Position numbers and translations under genes: made by a program. The notes under the pieces were generated by a model that saw nothing but the letters and a program-made list of their open reading frames with translations, was not told the origin of the DNA and did no database searches. A DNA stretch of 61,569 nucleotides, the filler included, from Anaerolineae bacterium (GTDB lineage Bacteria; Chloroflexota; Anaerolineae; Epilineales; Epilineaceae): assembly GCA_029262755.1 (NCBI GenBank). It is 8 parts of 8 records of this genome, joined end to end, with 100 filler letters (N's around TTAATTAATTAA, not from the genome) between each part and the next. Parts side by side here need not be neighbours in the genome. Positions count along the whole stretch, not along the records: positions 29,049 to 36,729 come from JAJCYU010000037.1; positions 36,830 to 41,651 come from JAJCYU010000039.1; 6 more parts are not named here. The stretch is one strand, 5' to 3'. Position 1 is the stretch's first letter; each line of letters opens with the position of its first letter. This document shows, piece after piece, positions 31,141 through 41,751 of this stretch.

Positions 31141-32042
31141 CGGCCGATACCCGAGCCTCCACCACCGGTCGTCGGCGGCTGCGGCGGCGGCGTGGCCTGC
31201 ATCTGCAGGAACAGCGCCGTCGCGGTTGCCGCGAGATCCGGCGGCAGGCCGGGCGTCGGCGACGCGAAGGCCGGCGTCGAGAGCATGCCCGCATCGACCG
31301 TCTGGTTGGCAGCCAAGGTCACGTACGGCTGTAGGCCCTGCGCCTGCAGGGAGTCGATGATCCGAAATGCCTGGTCGGGCGGAACCGCAACCGTGATGGT
31401 CGAAGCCGAACGCTCTCGGGAGTCCGCACCGTAGCTTACTTCGCCGCTGGAGAGGTTCACCTCAGGCGTAGCGTTGGATACCGGTCCACCACCCGCACCG
31501 ACGCCGACCACCCAGAGGCGGGGCTCGATGAGGATCGTGACGTTCTCGCCTTCCTTGCCCAGACAATAGGGCGGGATTCGAATCTGGACCCCCGTCTGCG
31601 TGTTGTTACGCGGGCAGCTCGCCGATCCGTAAAGGTTGATGATGTGGCCCGGCCGCACCTTGCCGCCGACCAACGCTTCCGTACCGGCTGCGAAAGTTAC
31701 GATCTCAAGACCGAGGTCTTCCGTGAAGCGCACCTGCTCCGGCGGCAACGCGTTGACCGCGGTCATCAAATCGCCGGGCTTCAAGCGCTCCGTCGTCATC
31801 TTGCCGACAACTGCGTCAAACGGATACGCTGCTTCGTCCCGCGCATCGCGGGCGCGCAGCGGATCGCCGTAGCGCAGCATGTCCTGCGTGATGATGGTGT
31901 ATGGGTCGATAGCGCGCGCGGCACGCGCCGGTGTTACGGTTTGCTCGACAGTCTCCTCATCGAACAGGCCGGCGATAGTCATCACCAGGCCAATGCCGAG
32001 CAGGCCGACGGCCAAAGCAAGAATGATGGTTCGAGAATTCAT
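31137..32042 (-). CDS. cpaB: Flp pilus assembly protein CpaB/RcpC-like (SAF domain)
   Basis: N-terminal TM, SAF-like AARAIDPYTIITQDML...VVGK, VGGKVRPGHIINL, ITVAV; ATGA coupling to cpaF. Confidence 0.72.
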   Translation of the reverse strand: MNSRTIILALAVGLLGIGLVMTIAGLFDEETVEQTVTPARAARAIDPYTIITQDMLRYGDPLRARDARDEAAYPFDAVVGKMTTERLKPGDLMTAVNALPPEQVRFTEDLGLEIVTFAAGTEALVGGKVRPGHIINLYGSASCPRNNTQTGVQIRIPPYCLGKEGENVTILIEPRLWVVGVGAGGGPVSNATPEVNLSSGEVSYGADSRERSASTITVAVPPDQAFRIIDSLQAQGLQPYVTLAANQTVDAGMLSTPAFASPTPGLPPDLAATATALFLQMQATPPPQPPTTGGGGSGIGR

Positions 32043-32080
32043 AGTGGGTGTCGTCTCCCCCGTCTAGCTGGCGGCGCCGC

Positions 32081-33064
32081 TCAGTCTTCCTTCTTCGTGC
32101 GCGTGAAAGCCTTGCGCAGGCCGGCAAACATCTTGCGCGGCTCGTACTTGGCCCACGTGCCTTTGCCGTAGGTGTGCAACAACACGCGCTTCCCAAGCTC
32201 GCCACCCCAGCGGTCCGGCTCACGAACCTCCGGGATCTCCAACGCGCGTTCGATGCCGGACAGAGCAAGTGAGTCCACGACACCGCCCTTCTTGTTGACG
32301 AGGATTTCCGCCTTGGGGCCGAGCTCTGCGCTCAGCTTCTCGGCGTTCTCCACGGCATCAGGACGGGGCGTGCAAACGACGTACCACTTGTCGATCTCGT
32401 CGCGAACCGAGCCGATCAAGGCATGCGGCCAGCGAGCATCGATCACAGTGAGCACGTGCTCTCGCATCAAGTCCTTCAGGTACTTGCCGAGCAACTGGAT
32501 CGACAGATCGCGCGAGTTGTCGTAATCCATCGGCACGAGCGTGACATCGTTCCAGACATGCGGCTCGATGTCGGGCTGCGTCGCGAGCTCGAACAACGCC
32601 GGAACATCTGCGCCGATCAACGAGCCGAACGCCGATTCCCCATACGTGAACTCAATCACGCACACGGGCAGCTTCGTTCGTCGGGCGAAATGCGCGGCTG
32701 TGTCCAGCGCGAGCACGGACTTACCAACGCCACCGGAGTAGGAGACGAAGGCAACCGTTCGCTTGGTGGGCAGGCCGGTGTCCTGGCCGCTGGAACGTGC
32801 CGCCTCTTTGAGCCACGAATCGGGCTCGGCGAGAAACTCTTCGCTGGAAACGAAGGGCACGTCACTGTCGGAGAGGATTCCGCGGAGCATCCCAATGCTG
32901 TACGGGTGCTCGACGAGATCATCGTAGTCGACGACGATCAGCTGCGATCCAGGCATGGCATCGTAGATCTGACCGGTGAACAATGCCTCATCGTATTCCA
33001 GCCCATCAATTCCCTGCAGGGCCTCGAATACGGCGAGGTCTTTCGTGGCAACGAGTACTTTCAC
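32081..33064 (-). CDS. CpaE/TadZ-like ParA/MinD-family protein
   Basis: Degenerate receiver-like N-terminus and deviant P-loop SYSGGVGKS; first gene of the tad cluster; GAGGTG RBS before GTG 33064. Confidence 0.7.
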   Translation of the reverse strand: MKVLVATKDLAVFEALQGIDGLEYDEALFTGQIYDAMPGSQLIVVDYDDLVEHPYSIGMLRGILSDSDVPFVSSEEFLAEPDSWLKEAARSSGQDTGLPTKRTVAFVSYSGGVGKSVLALDTAAHFARRTKLPVCVIEFTYGESAFGSLIGADVPALFELATQPDIEPHVWNDVTLVPMDYDNSRDLSIQLLGKYLKDLMREHVLTVIDARWPHALIGSVRDEIDKWYVVCTPRPDAVENAEKLSAELGPKAEILVNKKGGVVDSLALSGIERALEIPEVREPDRWGGELGKRVLLHTYGKGTWAKYEPRKMFAGLRKAFTRTKKED

Positions 33065-33199
33065 GGGGCGACACCTCTTCGCATGGCTCACACCTCACGC
33101 GGTGGTCGGCGGGCACGGCCTACCAGGTCCGAGACGGTGAAGCCTCGGGGCGGTGGGTTCGCGGACCGGATCGATCTCGAAGGATCTACCGATCGACGG

Positions 33200-33230
33200 T
33201 TCTGTCAAGTTCAAGACAGGTTTGACAGAA
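33200..33230. promoter_or_regulatory. Perfect 9-bp inverted repeat TTCTGTCAA-N13-TTGACAGAA (candidate operator or back-to-back -35 elements)
   Basis: Lies in the divergent tad/NACHT intergenic region; contains TTGACA on both strands. Confidence 0.4.
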
Positions 33231-33562
33231 ATGACCCCAAGTTGTCGGGCACCCTAGCATGCGCTCCGTAGTAGCCGCTTGACACTGACCTGACCGTCGC
33301 CTTCCGAAAGCCTGACGGATTCCTGACAGAGGCACGGTGCGCAGGGTTGGCGCTGCCCGAGGCGTCGGATTATATTAGGTCTGGCGAGGCTGGCAACGCC
33401 GGATGAATGACGTGTTATCGTGCCGGCACCCTGACGGAGCATCGGAGCGAATTGGGCGCGCTTCTGCCGCCTGCTCCGTAGCGGTCATCTGTAGTTGTCC
33501 TCGCGGGCGCTGCGCGTCTAGCCGCCCGAAGAACTTCTCTTTTCTCCATACCAGCAAGGACG

Positions 33563-36500
33563 GTGCCCGTGGCGGCGGACGTCAAGTCGAGGCAATCACC
33601 GGGTCGCGGTGTCCTAGGCGGGTTGAGTTGGCAGTTGCTTACGCGCTGGCGCGCCTACGCGACCTACCTTGAGACCATGGAGCAAGTGCTCGGGACCTCG
33701 GAACTGCCCGGAATCGGTTCCGTCCAGCTCGAAGACACCTTCGTGCCCCTACGGCTGCGACCGTGGGACGCGAAGCTGGCGAGCGCGCGTTTCGCTCCGC
33801 AACCCGACCTACCGCACACGACCTTGCCGGATGTCATCGCTACGCATGAGCGCATCGCGTTGATCGGACCGACGGGCATCGGTAAGAGCGCGCTGCTTCG
33901 TTGGTTCGCTTTACAACGGATCCGCGATGCGCGCCAGGCAGGCAGACGCGTGCTCGTGCGAGAAGGCGGTTTCGCGTCGCTCCCTATCTACGTTCCGCTA
34001 ACGGACTCAGACGAGAATGCCGATCTGGTAACACGAGCGGCAAACGAGCTCAGCAATGCAGGCTTCGACGGCGGCGACACGTTCTTGCCTGCTCTGCTGG
34101 AGGGACAACGTGCCACGCTGCTCTTCGACCACCTAGACACGCGCCCTGTTCATGTCCGACGCGCCCTGGCTCGCAAGATCGTCGATTTCGTAGCGCAGTA
34201 TCCCGGCAACCGGGTCGTCGTGGCGCTGCGCGACCCGGCGGACGCCACGTGCCTGGAAGGCTTCGATACCTTCGAGGTCGCCGGCGTAGATCCGGACAAA
34301 GTGGAAACGCTCGCGGCGCGTTGGGGCTTTGGACACATTGCCGATCAAAGCGGCTTCCTGCACGTTGTAGAGCGCATGCCCCTCGTTCGCTCTCTCGTCG
34401 CACGTCCAGGCTGGCTGGCTGCCGGACTTGCCCACGTGGGCGAAGACCGCATTCGCGCTTTCGACATCGTGGAGGGCTTCGTCAGACACGTCGAGCCGAA
34501 CTCGGACAACAGCGAGGGCTGGCGAGCACTCGCCTGTGCGATGCATACCGCGCGCGACGCTACCGGTGAAGCGAGCCAGGTCCCTTCCGATCGGCGTGAG
34601 TCCGGTCTTCTTTGGTGGTTGACCAACGATCGCTTCACGTTCGTCCACCCGGCCGCCCAAGCCTACTTCGCGGCCCTCTCCGCGACACAGACCACAGAAG
34701 AAGAGCCGATCGCAAGTTGGGGCGCTCGTGCCGGCGATCCCTGGTGGGACCCTGTTATCGTGTTGGCCATCGGACATCTCAGCCAGACGGACGCCGTATT
34801 GCTAGTGGAGTCCATCTTTGCGGAAGGCGAACCACACCTTGCCGCCTTGGCATTGGCTGAAATGCGCGAACCACCAGCGGACCTGAGCGAGCGGGCCCAG
34901 ATCGCCCTTCTCGATGACATGGCGGTCTCAGGTGGGGGCCGCGGAGACCGAAGAGCAGCCATCGCGCTCACGGGTCTGGTCGGCGGCGAGAGCGTCGGCC
35001 GCGGCGGCGTCCTCGCACCCGTCCTCGGCGCCCTCGATCACGGTGAGGGCGAAGGCCGCGTTGCGGCAGCCCGGGCTTTGGGCCGCCTGGCGGATCCAGC
35101 GGCCATCGCCCCCTTGCTCACCGCGCTCGGCGATCGTACCGAGCGGGTGCGCCTCGCGGCTTCCGATGCGCTTGCGGCATTCGGCGAACGCACGCTGCAG
35201 CCGCTCGTTCGTCAGCTCAACGTTCCGGACGAGAATCTGCGCCAGGCTGCCACCCGTGCATTGGCCCGCCAGGGTGCGGCTGCCGTTCCGGCCCTCGTCA
35301 AGCTCCTCGATTCTACGTCGGGCGCCGTCCGACTTGAGGTCGCAGATACGCTCGCCGCCATCGGAGCGCCCGCGGTGCCCGCCCTGGTGCGCGTCGTCGC
35401 GAGCGACATGGCATATGACGAGCGCGAAGTCGCCCGAGGCGAGGCCGCAGCCATAGCCTTGACCAAGATCGGTGCGCCGGCTGCGCGGGCGCTCGTTCCG
35501 TTGTACGCCGACTCCGATCCAGCACACCGGGAACGGGTGGTACGTATCCTGCGCGATATGGGCGCCGTTGCGGCCGATGCGCTCGGCGCGACCGTCAAGG
35601 ACACGCGCAACGGATACAGTGCGCAAGCCGCCGCCATCTTGGGCATGTTGCCCGAAGTCGGGGGTACGGCCGCCACACATCTCGTCGTCGCTTTGGCTGA
35701 CGATCGATTCGAAGTGCAGGACGAAGCGCGGCGAAGCTTGGGCAGCCTTAAGGGCGATGCACGCGATGCGTTGGTCAAGGCTCTCGACGCCGACAGCGCC
35801 TCCGTTCGATGGGAGGCTGCCCAGATCTTGTTGCGGCTGCCGGATCCGCCGACGGACCAACTTGTGGACGTGCTCGGCCAACGATTGGAGTCGCGCGAAG
35901 TTGCCGAACGCCGCCAAGCCGTCGAGGCCCTGGCGCGCCTCCCTGCGGGCGCGGTACGCCCGTTGATCGAACGAGCGGTCGGCGATGATGACCCGCTCGT
36001 GCGGCGTTCCGGCATTCGCGCGCTCGGGGCGCTGGACGATCCGGAGGCTATGGAGACGCTGCGCCGGCGTTGGGGCGAGGAGACCGACACGCAAGCGGCC
36101 CTGACCATCCTTGAGATGCAGGCAAGCATCGACCCGGCCGGGGCGGTCTCGACGTTGATCGAAGCGCTGACCGCAGAAGAGGCCCTGCTGCGCGGTGCCG
36201 GCGCCGAATTGCTGGCCGATGTAGGCGAGCCGGCGGTCGTACCGCTCGTGGAAGCGCTCTTCGCTCGTCCGGGAGAAATCGACCGCGAGGGCGCATTGCG
36301 CGTGCTGGAACGGGCCGGCGTCGGCGCGCGATCGGGGGGCCACGCGCCGCCCAACCTCGCACGGGCCGTCCACCGAATGTTGGTCGAGCCGCTGGACGTC
36401 GAGGAGCTCGTCTACCTTGCCACCACGATCGAATGGTGGCCGCCCGCCCTCGAACTGCACCGCACCTTCACCACCGTGCGCCAGTTCCTGGACTACGACA

Positions 36501-36729
36501 CGCTCGGCGGTATCGCCGGTGCGGAAGCCGAAGTCGAGTGGATCGACGAAGGCGCGGAAGGCACGATGTGGCTGAACCCGGCCGCACAGCGAGCGTTGCG
36601 CCAGGTGCGGCTGATCTCGCAGGCCGTGCAGTATCACAATCGCGCGTCCAAGCGCAGCGCCAAGGAAAAAGGCCTGCTGACCGCCACCGCGCGCGTCAAC
36701 GAACTACACGCGATGGTCGGCGATCTCGG
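33563..36729 (+). CDS. NACHT-type NTPase with a long PBS-lyase HEAT-repeat array (3'-truncated)
   Basis: LEDTFVPLRL, Walker A GPTGIGKS, LPIYVPL, LLFDHLD, FVHPAAQAYFAA, WWDPVI, then many VRxAAAxALG/AVPALV repeats. Start uncertain. Confidence 0.8.
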
Positions 36730-36829
36730 NNNNNNNNNNNNNNNNNNNNNNNNNNNNNNNNNNNNNNNNNNNNTTAATTAATTAANNNNNNNNNNNNNNN
36801 NNNNNNNNNNNNNNNNNNNNNNNNNNNNN
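36730..36829. other. Artificial contig linker
   Basis: N44-TTAATTAATTAA-N44. Confidence 0.97.
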
Positions 36830-37234
36830 GAGGTCATCGAGCGCGGATGCCGAGAGACCGTAGCCGTCGCGCTCACGGTGGGGACTGAAAGGAACGACGT
36901 CGCCGCCAAGCGCGCGCAAGGTTTGGGTCAATAGAGCCGTGGCCGTAATTCCGTCCGCGTCGTAATCGCCGTACACCGCGATCCGTTCCCCCGTTGCAAG
37001 CGCGGCGCGCAGACGGACAACGGCCTCGTTCATGTCGGCCAGCCGGAACGGGTTGTCGTCGCCCGCCTCACGGGCGAGAAACGAACGAGCCTCTTCCGCG
37101 CTGCGAATGCCGCGCTGAGCAAGGGCGGAGGCGAGAACTGGCGGGTAGGCGCGCGCCAACGCGGCCGGCGGGGCACTCGGCGCCTGCCACCGCATCTGGG
37201 GCCTGAGTTCGGGCGGGACAAAGGTCTGGGTCAT
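36830..37234 (-). CDS. recJ: ssDNA exonuclease RecJ, N-terminal part (3'-truncated)
   Basis: LAQRGI, NPFRLADM, IAVYGDYDADGITA, PHRERDGYGL. Confidence 0.85.
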
Positions 37235-37348
37235 GGTCGAGCGATAGTAGCAGGAAGGGCGATGACTGTCGCGCCCGGGCCCGGGTTGGGGGGAGCACGA
37301 ACGCAACTCCTGATGCCGGACCAACACACCGCAGAGAGCAGAAGGCCG

Positions 37349-38167
37349 CTACGCGCGGGCAAGCTCCGCTTGCAGGTCCAGGCGATGACGGAGCATCCAT
37401 GAAGCAGAGCGGGCCCGCCAAGCCATCGCCCACGCGAGCTCCGGGGCCAACTGGTCCAGGGGCATGTCGAAGCGGACATCCGCCTGGTCGGCCTCGTCGG
37501 CCGCCGCATGGATCGCGAATGCCACGAGATCGTCGATCAACGTTTCGCGTCGCGCGCGCCCCAATCCGTAGCCGTCCACGATGGCTCGCAACGTGCGGGC
37601 GCGCGCGGTGACCGCTGGCAAGCCCTCGCGCTCGGCGACGAGCTCATCGAACAGTTTGGCGTTGAGCCAGCATGCCTGAACCAACTCGACATGCGGATCG
37701 ACGGGGCCGGCATAGTCCCAGTCAATCCATGCAACCGGAAGACCGTTGCGTGCGACGAGGTTCCAAGACGCGACGTCGCAGTGGGAAATCACCTGCGATT
37801 GAGGATCACCGAGCGTTCGGCCGAACCAGGGACGCCATATCGAGTCCTGTGACGGACGGAAGTCCGCGACCGCGCGGTGGAGCGTTCGAAGCAACGTTCC
37901 TACGGCGAACGCCGCCTCCTCGCTCCACGGGCCAACCGCCCCCGTATCCCCCTTGACATAAGAAACCATCTCGTGTCCATCCGCATCCCGGCCGCTCCCA
38001 ATCACACGTGGCGCGCCCACGAATCCGACCTCTTCGAGGTGCCATAGGAGCGCATGGACGGAAGGCGTCCACGGACGCGCTTCACGTAGCACGACATCGC
38101 CGCGGCGAAGTACGGCCGAGCCGTGATAGGGTGACGCTGCGCGCAGTTCAACCGGTGAGTCGGTCAC
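37349..38167 (-). CDS. Aminoglycoside-phosphotransferase/kinase-like protein
   Basis: WTPSVHALLWHL, GAPRVIG, Brenner motif HCDVASWN, IDWDYA; GTG 38167 overlaps the rhomboid stop. Confidence 0.8.
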   Translation of the reverse strand: MTDSPVELRAASPYHGSAVLRRGDVVLREARPWTPSVHALLWHLEEVGFVGAPRVIGSGRDADGHEMVSYVKGDTGAVGPWSEEAAFAVGTLLRTLHRAVADFRPSQDSIWRPWFGRTLGDPQSQVISHCDVASWNLVARNGLPVAWIDWDYAGPVDPHVELVQACWLNAKLFDELVAEREGLPAVTARARTLRAIVDGYGLGRARRETLIDDLVAFAIHAAADEADQADVRFDMPLDQLAPELAWAMAWRARSASWMLRHRLDLQAELARA

Positions 38168-39114
38168 CGAAGGCCAGCCGGCGTCGCCGCGTCGAAAGCA
38201 AACCAGGCACCGATTTCGACCGGCACGCCCACCGACCACCAGGCGCCAAGGATCGTTGCGACCGCAAGCGCGCCCCACGCCCATTGCGCGAGCGAAGCCG
38301 GCGGCCGCTGGAGCAGGCCGACGGGAAGACCGAGCGCGATTCCCGCGGCGAGGCCGGTGGCATGGGCCAACACATCGCTGCGCTCGCTGGAACCCATGAG
38401 CGCAAGCACCGCGACGCCGGCGGCAAGCGGCAGCCACCAGCCACCGATGCGGGCCGGCTCTGCGCCGCGTGCGACGCGGGCAGCGCGCAGCCCGGCGAGC
38501 AAGCCGACAGCGCCGAACACCGCGGTGGAAGCCCCGATGCCGCCGTGGCCCGGGCCCCGAAGCACGGCGTTGGCCGCATTGCCGAGCGCGCCGGCGGCGA
38601 CCACGAGGAACAGGCCGAAGCCGGGGCCGAGGGCCCGACCGAGCCAGTACAGGAACAGGCCGCCGCTGAAGGCGTTTGCCAGCACGTGACCGGCGTCCGC
38701 GTGCAGCGTGAGCGCGGTGACGGTGCGGGCCAGCCGACCGTTGAGGATCAACGAGCTGCGTGACGCCCCGGCATCGATCCACTCGCCGTGCCGTCCGGCA
38801 AATACGATCAGGGCATGGAACGCAACGATCAAGGCCGCAAACGCCGGGCCGAGCCAGCGACCGCCGGGTACGGGTGGGCGGCTGCGCGTCTGGTGAGCCA
38901 AATCGTCGTCGGTCGGGTTCTCGTGCACATAGGCACCCAGGGCCGACGCCGCGTTTGCAGCGTTGGACGGGGCAACGACCAATACCCAACCGCCCTCGGC
39001 CTTGGCAATTCGGTGTTCGATGCCCTGCGAGGCCAGCACGAGCGACCAGCGGTCGGCGTTGGCGCGGGTCGTGGGTGGATCGAGTACGGCGACGGAGCCG
39101 GGATCAGCATTCAT
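38164..39114 (-). CDS. Rhomboid-family intramembrane serine protease
   Basis: TALTLHADAGHVLAN, catalytic GASTAVFG, DVLAHATG; multiple TM helices. Confidence 0.88.
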   Translation of the reverse strand: MNADPGSVAVLDPPTTRANADRWSLVLASQGIEHRIAKAEGGWVLVVAPSNAANAASALGAYVHENPTDDDLAHQTRSRPPVPGGRWLGPAFAALIVAFHALIVFAGRHGEWIDAGASRSSLILNGRLARTVTALTLHADAGHVLANAFSGGLFLYWLGRALGPGFGLFLVVAAGALGNAANAVLRGPGHGGIGASTAVFGAVGLLAGLRAARVARGAEPARIGGWWLPLAAGVAVLALMGSSERSDVLAHATGLAAGIALGLPVGLLQRPPASLAQWAWGALAVATILGAWWSVGVPVEIGAWFAFDAATPAGLR

Positions 39115-39291
39115 GGCGGGAAGAATAGCCCAGTACGGTCACGCCGGAGTTGATGGCTGAGCTATCATCCCAGCCGCCCGCGCGGGAAGCTGCACGAATC
39201 GCCGATCCACGTTGGTGAGCCACGGTGCTGACGTGCCGAACGCTCCGGCACATCTCGTCTTCGTTCGAGCGCTGTATGGGAGAAACCCACC

Positions 39292-41124
39292 ATGACACAA
39301 TGGCAACGAGATGACGTTCCCGTAGAGCGGACCTGGGACCTGTCGTCCATCTACCCGGATGACGCTGCGTGGGAGACCGAGTTCGCGAGCTTGCCTGCGT
39401 TGCTCGCGGAGCTCGAGGGCTTCCGTGGTAGGCTCGGCGACAGCGCCGATACGCTCGCCTCCGCCCTCGCGCTGCTGGAGCGTGGTGGGCGGCTCGTCGG
39501 TCGACTACATGCCTACGCCGTGCTCAAGCACGACCAAGACACGGCCAATCCACGGTATCAGGCCTTGTTGGACCGCATGCGAGCGCGTATGGGCGATGTT
39601 CAGGCGGCGCGAAGCTTCTTGCGTCCGGAAGTCCTTGCGCTTCCCGAAGCCCGCGTGGCGGAATGGGTGGCCAATACGCCGGCGCTGCACGATTGGGCGC
39701 ACGATCTCGAAGATCTCCGTCGGGGCGCACCCCACGTGCTCAGCGGCGAGGAAGAGCGGGTGCTTGCCGCGCTGGACGAGGCGCGTAGGCATCCCGGCAT
39801 GATCCGGGGCCGCCTCGTGGACGGTGACCTCGACCTCGGCGCGCTGGATGTGGACGGGGAAGCCGTGCCGCTCACGATGGGTACCTACGAGCGATTCCAG
39901 GAATCCCCGGACCGAGCACTGCGCGAGGCGTCGTTCCGGCGCGTAATGGGCGGCTACGGCTCGCTGCGCTCCACATTGGCGGCGACCTACCAAAGCCACG
40001 TTCGCACGGCCGCGGCGAAGGCGTCGCTGCGACACCACGAATCCGCCCGTCGCGCGGCCCTGCATCCGAACAACATTCCGGTTGCGGTGTACGACCAGCT
40101 TATCGACACGTCGCGGGCGCACCTTGGCCTGTTGCAGCGCTACTTCGCGTTGCGCAAGCGAGCGCTGGGCGTCGAAACGCTCCAGCACTGGGATCTACGC
40201 GTGCCGCTCGGCGATCCGGTGGACGCCGCCTACAGCTGGGAGGAGTCGGTTGCGTTGGTTCTGGCGTCGCTGGCGCCCATGGGCGAAGAATACGTGCAAC
40301 GTGCCCGTGCCGGCCTCGCCGCCCGCTGGGTGGACGTGCACGCCACGCCCAACAAGCGCAGCGGCGCATACAGCGGCGGCAGCCACGACACGGCGCCATA
40401 CATCCTGCTCAACTTCCAGCCGGGGCTCGGCAGCCTGTTCACGCTGGCGCACGAACTCGGCCACTCCATGCTCTCGCTGTATTCGCGCGAAGCACAGCCG
40501 TGGATCTCTTCGGGCTATTCGATGTTCGTCGCCGAAGTCGCCTCGACGCTGGGTGAAGACCTGCTGACGCGCCATATGCTGGCCACGACCACCGATCCCG
40601 CGTTGCGGTTGGCCCTGATCGACCAGCATCTGGGCACCTTCCGCAGCACCTTCTTCCGCCAGACGATGCTTGCAGAGTTCGAGCGCGAGAGCTATCGCCG
40701 GGTTGAGGCGGGCGGTGCGTTGACCGCCGACAGCCTGGAGGCGCTGCACCTCGATCTCGTGCGTGACTACCACGAGCCGGGGCTGTCCGTGAATCCGCTG
40801 ATCGCGCACGAGTGGTCCTACATTCCGCACTTCTACTACGACTTCTACGTGTTTCAATATGCGACCGGTCTTGCGGCGGCTACCGCTCTGGGGGCCCAGG
40901 TCTCGGCCGAAGGTGAGCCGGCGGCCCGCCGCGTTCGCGAGTTCCTCGCCCGCGGCAGCAGCGAGTACTCACTCGACGTTCTGCGGGTGGCGGGGGTCGA
41001 CATGCGTTCCGCGGCACCGTTGGAAGCAGCCATGGGCGTTGTCGACACACGACTGCGCGAGCTCGAGGCCGCGCTCGACGCCTCGCAGGGCGTCGCGCGA
41101 ACCAACGGCGCCGTACGCGCGTGA
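39292..41124 (+). CDS. pepF: Oligoendopeptidase F (M3B)
   Basis: TWDLSSIY, KRSGAYS, PYILLN, HELGH zinc motif, FVAEVAS, FRQTMLAEFE, IPHFYYDFYVFQYATG. Confidence 0.93.
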   Translation: MTQWQRDDVPVERTWDLSSIYPDDAAWETEFASLPALLAELEGFRGRLGDSADTLASALALLERGGRLVGRLHAYAVLKHDQDTANPRYQALLDRMRARMGDVQAARSFLRPEVLALPEARVAEWVANTPALHDWAHDLEDLRRGAPHVLSGEEERVLAALDEARRHPGMIRGRLVDGDLDLGALDVDGEAVPLTMGTYERFQESPDRALREASFRRVMGGYGSLRSTLAATYQSHVRTAAAKASLRHHESARRAALHPNNIPVAVYDQLIDTSRAHLGLLQRYFALRKRALGVETLQHWDLRVPLGDPVDAAYSWEESVALVLASLAPMGEEYVQRARAGLAARWVDVHATPNKRSGAYSGGSHDTAPYILLNFQPGLGSLFTLAHELGHSMLSLYSREAQPWISSGYSMFVAEVASTLGEDLLTRHMLATTTDPALRLALIDQHLGTFRSTFFRQTMLAEFERESYRRVEAGGALTADSLEALHLDLVRDYHEPGLSVNPLIAHEWSYIPHFYYDFYVFQYATGLAAATALGAQVSAEGEPAARRVREFLARGSSEYSLDVLRVAGVDMRSAAPLEAAMGVVDTRLRELEAALDASQGVARTNGAVRA

Positions 41125-41651
41125 GCCGGGTCCGCCGAACCGGTACGCCGGTGGCGCGGATGGCGCGCGCGCTCGCGGTGCTGGTCCTACTGGCCGGGTG
41201 TCGCGACACGAGTGCCACGGTCGGTGATGGGCCGGACTCGGCGCGCAGCGACGCCGCGGCGATCCAAGAAGCGGCGGGAACCACCTCCGGGCGCGGCGAG
41301 CAGGGAGACGGCGAACGAGACGCTGGCGCGACGTCATCCGCTCCGCGGCCCGCGGACACGGCCGCGTCCGTCACGGAGGCCGCGGCGCCGGACACCGCAA
41401 CGACCCTCGAATCGGATGTCGATCCCGACCAGACCACCGTGGCCGATACACGCTTCAGCCACGACCGTGGCTTTTACGACGTGCCCTTCGACGTGCGCAT
41501 CGAATCCAAAACGCCGGGAGCGCGCATCGGCTGGACGCTCGATGGGAGCGATCCACGGGAATCGGCGTCCGCGCGCGTTGCTGCATCGCCCGTCGTGGTG
41601 CGGATCGATCCCGCGTCTCCCGATGGGCGCACGGTGACGCCCGGCGTCGTG
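41121..41651 (+). CDS. Lipoprotein with chitobiase/beta-hexosaminidase C-terminal-like (Fn3-associated) domain (3'-truncated)
   Basis: Lipobox LLAGC; FSHDRGFYDVPF...WTLDGSDP motif; GTGA overlap with pepF. Confidence 0.65.
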
Positions 41652-41751
41652 NNNNNNNNNNNNNNNNNNNNNNNNNNNNNNNNNNNNNNNNNNNNTTAAT
41701 TAATTAANNNNNNNNNNNNNNNNNNNNNNNNNNNNNNNNNNNNNNNNNNNN
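41652..41751. other. Artificial contig linker
   Basis: N44-TTAATTAATTAA-N44. Confidence 0.97.

Noticed and set aside
34928..36637. Long antisense or alternate-frame ORFs (also 277..2145, 29869..31434, 54302..55861, 55877..57550)
   Set aside because: Shadow ORFs expected in high-GC DNA; they overlap well-supported genes and show no recognisable motifs.
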